The translations under genes were made by a program, and so were the position numbers. A stretch of 62,922 bases of DNA, counting the filler, from Klebsormidium nitens (taxonomy: Eukaryota; Plantae; Klebsormidiophyceae), in NCBI GenBank assembly GCA_000708835.1. It is 5 parts of 5 records of this genome, joined end to end, with 100 filler letters (N's around TTAATTAATTAA, not from the genome) between each part and the next. Parts side by side here need not be neighbours in the genome. Positions count along the whole stretch, not along the records: positions 55,899 to 61,535 come from DF238416.1; positions 61,636 to 62,922 come from DF238487.1; 3 more parts are not named here. One strand, given 5' to 3'. The notes beneath the pieces were generated by a model. It saw nothing but the letters and a program-made list of their open reading frames with translations. It was not told the DNA's origin and did not search any database. Below, piece by piece: positions 56,755-62,922 of this stretch (position 1 is the stretch's first letter; every line of letters starts with the position of its first letter).

Positions 56755-59700
56755 TTATTCAATGATTATCCTTGGCGCTGGTCTGCTCAGCGTATCTTCG
56801 TCCGTTCCTTTCTGCCTGAGCTTTTCGGCAAGCCTTCCTGCTATAGCCCCGTAGATGTTTGCACTACCGCTATCTGGTGATGACGCGACGATCGGTCGCC
56901 CGTGATCCGACGTCTCTCGGATAGAGATGTGAAGCGGTACCTGCACACAAGCAACGCCTTTCAAGATCAAAGCTTTTTGCGCCTTAGCACATAATTGTTG
57001 TCAGGTCGCTCTCGCTTGCCAAAGGAACTCAAATACAGAAATTGGACTTTTGTTCGGTACATCATTCGGATCTATAACACGCTAGCACGGCTGCAGACAA
57101 AGCTTTAGTCTTCGATCATCACAGATGGAACCACACAATTCAGAACATGGAGGTTTTGGACATGATAGGGGCTAAACAATTGAGCGAAACGATCAGACAG
57201 AACAGGAAAACACCCGGCCGGGAAAGTGCAGGTGAAGAAACCGAGAAAAGACGGAGCCGGACGAGCCGAGAAGAAGCGGTCGCCTGCCGTGCTGACCTCT
57301 CCCAAGAACTCCATGCCCATTTCGTCGGCGGTTTTGCGTGCGCCCTCCTCGCCGAACACGTGCTCTCGGTGCCCGCAGTTCGGACACTGGTAGTAGGACA
57401 TGTTCTCCACCAGGCCCAAAATCTGCGGCCGTTGAAAACGGCTCTTTTAAAGTTCCTAGTTTTGGGTCGACTTTCAGCGAACTAATAAGCCGGTGATGAA
57501 TCGTGAGGATCTGCACGAGAGCCGTATTCCGTGCTTTGAGAACAAGCAGGAAGGCAGGCGATGACGACGTTTCGTGCACTTCTTAGTCGACCTGGATTCG
57601 GACAGAGTCTGCCGGATTCTTGTGATCTGCCGCATCTCAGCTCAAAGGCAGATGCAATCCTCAATTCGTAAAATTTCCGCCACTTCCGAGCGGAAACTGC
57701 CCTCTTGATGCACATGAAGTACTGGAACCTTCGTGTCCGTATACGCAGCTAACCCGAACTTGACTTTATTACCTAATGCAAGCCTGAACAGGTGCAGACA
57801 AACTTCCTTCGGTCAGTGTTTTTGGCCTTCTCAACATCCACGTCAGCATAACTCCAGCGTCCGTTGTTTAATACATACCTCGTCTGTGTTTTGTATACAT
57901 ACCTTGAGGATTGTGGGGGTCGTGTCTCTGATGAAGCTCTCTTTCAGGATCATTTCACCAACTTATGCATCCGGCGTTCGCAACACTCACCGGCACCTCC
58001 ACCTTGCGGAACATGTTGGCACCCCGTCGTGCGTCGATGAGGGCGATGTCCTGCGGAGTTGACACTATAACGGCGCCTGCAGGGCGATGTTTGGCAGAAG
58101 TTTGTTGAGTGTTAACGATCTGTTAGCGGGCTTCCTTCTCTGCTAAGGTATGCAGGACATCGCTGAACGTACCGGACAACTGGAATTTATGCATTGAACT
58201 CAAGCCCTTCCAAAAATGTTTTGAACCTTCTGACGATGTCCAAAAGGCAAAGGACTGTGAATCCAATTCTTGACCAAAGAAGCGCACGCATCGGGGGGCC
58301 GAAGAACGAGGTGACGTCGAGAGGACGTCAGCTGGAACGGCGTGACATATGGGAAGAGTATTCACACAAGCTTCGCTAGTCGTTCAGGTTTTCCACCGCT
58401 TTCAGCGACGTTTTGGCAGCTAGACAATCGAAGAATCACCGCTCTGTCCGTCTTAGCACAGAGAAGCAGAGAAGCGTCCTGGAGGGAACAGTCCATTTCT
58501 TTTGTGGCTGCGGCGGCAGCGCGGAGCTCGAAAACCTGATTGCATTTGGTCAGCAACAAAGCTGTAAGGCCATACCCCGCTCGTACTTGATAAAAATTCG
58601 TCTGACGAGGTCCAGACTCCATACCGAAGTCGAAGGAAGGCCGCGATCAAATGCATTCAAGTCAAAAGGAAACGACATTAAAATACTAAGCACGGCAATA
58701 ACCCGGTTCTCAAACACGAACAAAAGCGATGAAAGACAAAAGCCAACCTCACCGGCAAGGGGCACCTTTTGACTGATACTAATCTGGGCGTCCCCCGTGC
58801 CGGGGGGCATATCGACCACCATGACATCCAGCTTGCCCCAGGCCGTGCCACGTAATAGCTGGTCCAGCGCGCTCATCACCTGGACCGAAATAGGTAGAGT
58901 GGCTCATGAGCGCATAGCTTATGGTTGCAACCTTTCGAGGATCGAATTTTGACCAGAGCAAAAAGTTCCAGAAGCGGTTGTTCGAACGATTGCCTCGAGT
59001 CGTCCTGTGAGACTGGTCCAGCGTGCTCATGGCCTGCATTAGAACGTGAGAAAGAGTTCAAGCGCCGACTCGTTACTGCAGCTTGTGAGGAATTGGTTTG
59101 GTTCGATTGGAAGGGCGAAATCGTGGTGTCAAAAGCCGAGGCTTAGAGTACTACAACGATTTCGAGTCGTCTTGTGATACCTGGTCCGGCGCGCTCGTAA
59201 AGATAAATCGTTCTGGGAAGTGTATTATCATAGTCTGGAAACTTTACGAGCGCCCCGTCACAAGGTGCCCACGCAAATACACCAAGACCACGCTGAATGG
59301 CAGTATCTTTTGACATTTCTACGATCTTGAGTATGGTCTAGCCTAAACGAAGCAAGGTTTGGCCTAACCCAGGTAGCTTACCATCGGGCCTCGCCAGACG
59401 GCGGGCGCGTCATCCTCCATAAGGAAGCCCATGGACATGCACCGGACGCCGTACGCTTCTAGGGGAACCATCTTCTTTTCTGCAGCATAAGCAGGCGGAC
59501 AATCTATAAGCTATGGATAAAGTGAACCCCTTACACCAGCACCAAAACGTTCACTTCGATTGCTCGTCGAACACCTAAAAGTACAATTCTATCGGGCCTC
59601 ACCACAGGCAGAAATGACCATTCTGTTCGCCGTCCCCGTCACCCTACATTCTCCTCATATTCGTAGGCCAGGTCGTATCATACAAATCGTCTTCGAGTTG

Positions 59701-61336
59701 CTCCTGGACTACCCTGGTCTCCCAATCTGATAGGCAGAGCGCTGCGGTTCCTGACTTCTAGACGGCCCTGGATCCAGATGCATCACACAGTGGCGGCAAT
59801 TCAGCTCGAAAGCTTCTGATTACTGTTGAAACTGGACCCTCTGTGGAGCGGTACTGCTGTACCTTCGTTCACCTGTGGCCGCCCGCTGAGGTTCATGAGG
59901 CGGGGAACTGAGGGGCCGTACACATCCGCGTCTAGCAGCCCGACCCGCAGACCGCACCGCTGTGCGAGCGCCACTGCCAGGTTCACTGCATCAAGATTGG
60001 GCACGCTTTGGTGGGAAGAGATTTTATGGGGGAGTCAAGCCATCTGATCCAATATTTCAAATCGAGAAATTGAAGTTGCTGGCCTTAAGTTGTGCGGAAA
60101 TTGGACAAATGAAAGTCTGCTACTTCTGAAAAAGGGGGCAAGAAAGACGCAGGCTGCTGGCCTGCTTCTGGGAGCTTTGTTTTCTGCGATGAGTACGTGG
60201 AAAGTCTCCTGGGACTCTGAGCGAGTGACCCGTACTGGCCAAAATTTCTATGAGCTGGCTTATGCCAGTTTATCAATCACGTGAGAACTTTGTACAAATG
60301 AAGAAGGTGCACCTTCCTTTCGAGTTGAAGCTGGGATGAAAGGAACCTTCTCCACTTCTGAGGGTCAATCGAACTTTTTAGCTGTGAGAGCCACACTATA
60401 ATGCGAGAAAACGAAGGGAGATATGTGACACAATTTGAACACACCCTCACCCGCAGTTGTGGACTTCCCGACTCCACCCTTGCCGGACGCCACTGCAATG
60501 ATGTTCCCACTCTCTCTGAAGTGAAAAGTTTCAAGCTCCAAGTATATTTGAGCTTTTCAGCTTTGAGAGCTTCAGCATCATAGTGAGGGAATGGAAAAGA
60601 AGTTTCAAACATATCCAAGTATGCATCCCCAACCTGCAGTTGTGGACTTCCCCACTCCACCCTTGCCGGACGCTACTGCAATGATGTGACCCACCCCGAC
60701 CACCGCCGGCCTCACAAACTTGGCACGAGCGGCCGCTAAGGATGGCCCCGCAGCGGCGCTCTGGCTTGCTGTGCTCGTTGCGAACGACGCTCCCTGTGGA
60801 GAAGTCGTTTTATTTTGCTGCGCTTGGGAATTCGTGTTCAATTATTGTACATGTGAGAAGAGAGCAGCGGTGTGGATACTGGAGGCCATGGGTGCTTGCA
60901 GGAGTTGATGTCTTTCAAAGGAGCACCATTGTAAATACTGCATGGTCGCGCCTCAATTCGTTTACCATAGCGCCCTGGGATTTTCCGTGCTGTCTCAACA
61001 GAGTTTCCCTACTGATCATGGGTGGTGTAACGTCTCAAATGGCCAACCACATGTACATGAAGAGCTCAAGATACCAACCTTCTCCTAAGTCTTCTTACAT
61101 TTGTGCGCTTGAAGCCACATTTGGCTTTTCTTAAGCTGGCAATGTAAGCGACGTACAGCATTGCTTAATTGGACTAATCAAGTCGTTCAAGAAGGACTTC
61201 TTACCTGTGGGGCCCACAAGTGACTTGCATGTGGGAGAGTCTCGAGGAATGGGCCGGAGGAAGCCAGCTTCAGGTGCAGCGATCGGCCCACCACCCCATC
61301 AAAGAGGCGCCACGGACTCTGCTGAAGAAGTGTCAT
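56755..61336 (-). CDS. IND1: Host Mrp/NBP35-family Fe-S scaffold ATPase, IND1/NUBPL-like, eight exons
   Basis: Exons 61336-61205 (tentative), 60793-60634, 59985-59863, 59479-59382, 58879-58753, 58076-57991, 57422-57297 and 56940-56755, all phase-compatible. Motifs: [51 protein letters not shown]. Confidence 0.88.
60451..60511 (-). repeat. Duplicate of the IND1 P-loop exon end
   Basis: Second copy [19 protein letters not shown] with a GTGAG donor, 183 nt from the first copy. Confidence 0.85.
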
Positions 61337-61669
61337 GCTCTTCCGCCAAGTCCTGACTCGGAGCAGAATGGAGGACACGCAACGAGCTCAGAAGCAATGG
61401 GACGTATATGACTAAGATAGCTCCCTACAACAATCTCAATCAGGACGTGCTCCTTGAAGAGCAGACTGGGAGGTGGGACACGTGGCGCGCCGCGGTTGGC
61501 CCGTTTTATGCCAACAATCACTTGGTTAGTTCAATNNNNNNNNNNNNNNNNNNNNNNNNNNNNNNNNNNNNNNNNNNNNTTAATTAATTAANNNNNNNNN
61601 NNNNNNNNNNNNNNNNNNNNNNNNNNNNNNNNNNNTACCGGACCTCCCGAGTCTAGTCTCGGGCATCGG

Positions 61670-62350
61670 TTGCTGGCTTTGGCCGCAGAAACAGAGGACC
61701 GGGAGGCGATCGAGTTGGGCAGCCAACTCGAGGGGTTTCCCTCCCCGACGCTCGCCCCCCGATCCCGGGCTCGAGACCGGTCCCCTTCCCCAGATGAGAG
61801 CGTTCAGCCCAAGCGCTCCCGGTTTGATCAACCCCAGGCTGCAGACTCTTCGGCGCTCGGGGCAGAGCTCCTTTACATCTCTGCTCAACGTCGCCTACAA
61901 CAGCTGCAGCTTATCGCAAAGACTTGGGGTTCGCACTGTGACGACCCCGACAACATCTGTCTGGGGCGGTCGAGGGACTTGAGTTGGATGGAGGACATTC
62001 AGGCGGAGATCGCGGACGCAGAGGCGACGGTCGCCAGCACCAAATGGAAAGCAGACTTCGCTAAGGCGCGCGAAGTGGTGCAGGCGAAGGCCGCCGCCGT
62101 GTCTTCTGTGTCCACAGTGACTCTCGGGGCGAAGTTTAAGCCGCCAAAAGGGAAGCGCCCCGCGAACAGGCGCGGGGGCAAAGGGAAGAAGGGGGCTTCG
62201 CGCCTTTCCTCAGGGAAAAGGGATGTGGGACAGGACGGCTCCAGGAGGACCCCTCTGAAGAGGTCGTCCACAACTACTTCGGTCGTCGCCACGGCTGCGA
62301 TTTCGACCTCCATCCGGACGGTCCTCCGGAAGTCGCGCGGGGACGTCTGA
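61670..62350 (+). other. GC-rich ORF fragment, probably TE-derived
   Basis: Low-complexity basic ORF directly after a gap; no family recognised. Confidence 0.3.
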
Positions 62351-62922
62351 TCTTCTTCGCCTTCGTTTTCTCTACAAACAGTAAGTCTCTTTTTCTTCTC
62401 CCTCCGGGACGAGCTCTCAGCGAGGGGATAGAGAATACAGCTGTGCTCTCTGAATACTCCCGCCCTCTGCGGAAGTCCCACCAGGGTTGCGCGCGTATAA
62501 GATTGTGATACGTGGCATGCAGACACTTGCTGCTACAGGGACAGGTGTGCGCGCTAAGCCGCGGCGCGGTACAAGTTCGACTTGCAGAATGCGGAGTCTC
62601 CGTCCTTCAGGGTTTAGCACCGGGAGTCGTTAGTGACCACGTGCGACTCCGGAGAGCCGCACGATGCTTACTCAGTATTAGAGTACCGTAGATCGATAGG
62701 CAAAAATCCAACCGTTAGTAGATACAAGTCGAAAGGCCTCGCGGGGAGAGAAGTTAGCTCTCCGCATTAGTAATGTGACTGGGCAAAGGAACTCAATATC
62801 TCATTGAGAACTTGCGCTAAGACTTGCTTGGTCTATCGTGCAGGTTCTCTACGGGGCCTCCTTCCGGAGCCTTCCACGAGTCCCGGCCCGACCCAGTCAT
62901 ACATAAATAAGGGTCCTTTAGA

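Overview
Eukaryotic nuclear scaffold with GT-AG introns, N gaps and TTAATTAATTAA linkers. The plant-type genes point to a green or streptophyte alga (Klebsormidium-like; this is inference). It has four blocks. (1) 0.5-7.8 kb: an intron-rich DNA transposase with a full D-D-DxxH-E core, Dada/DUF6729-like, whose C-terminal part carries a coding 75-bp minisatellite. (2) About 7.9-35.5 kb: a gene-dense giant endogenous viral element (Nucleocytoviricota). Viral-type genes include A32 packaging ATPase, a capsid-like protein, Prim-Pol/D5 primase, RNase III, a DUF5832-like protein, two C2H2-HNH-HNH nucleases, EsV-1-7 and T5orf172 nucleases, a kinase, a metallophosphoesterase and a macrodomain. Plant-type cargo includes an intronless GH9 cellulase, an F-box/SEL1/MYND protein, a spliced CYCU/PHO80 cyclin, a spliced Hsp70-like 3' half and an extensin-like protein. 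The element is decaying through C-to-T-type nonsense codons, frameshifts and a TIR-element insertion. An RCTTARGG motif lies 40-56 nt upstream of five DNA-processing genes. (3) About 35.6-55.8 kb: two unknown spliced genes, then a TE graveyard (Ty3/Gypsy chromovirus remnants, a gag-protease retroelement, a MITE, tRNA-like relics). (4) 56.7-61.3 kb: an intact host IND1/NUBPL-like Fe-S ATPase gene with a tandemly duplicated P-loop exon. All assignments come from motif recognition by eye; no database searches were run.
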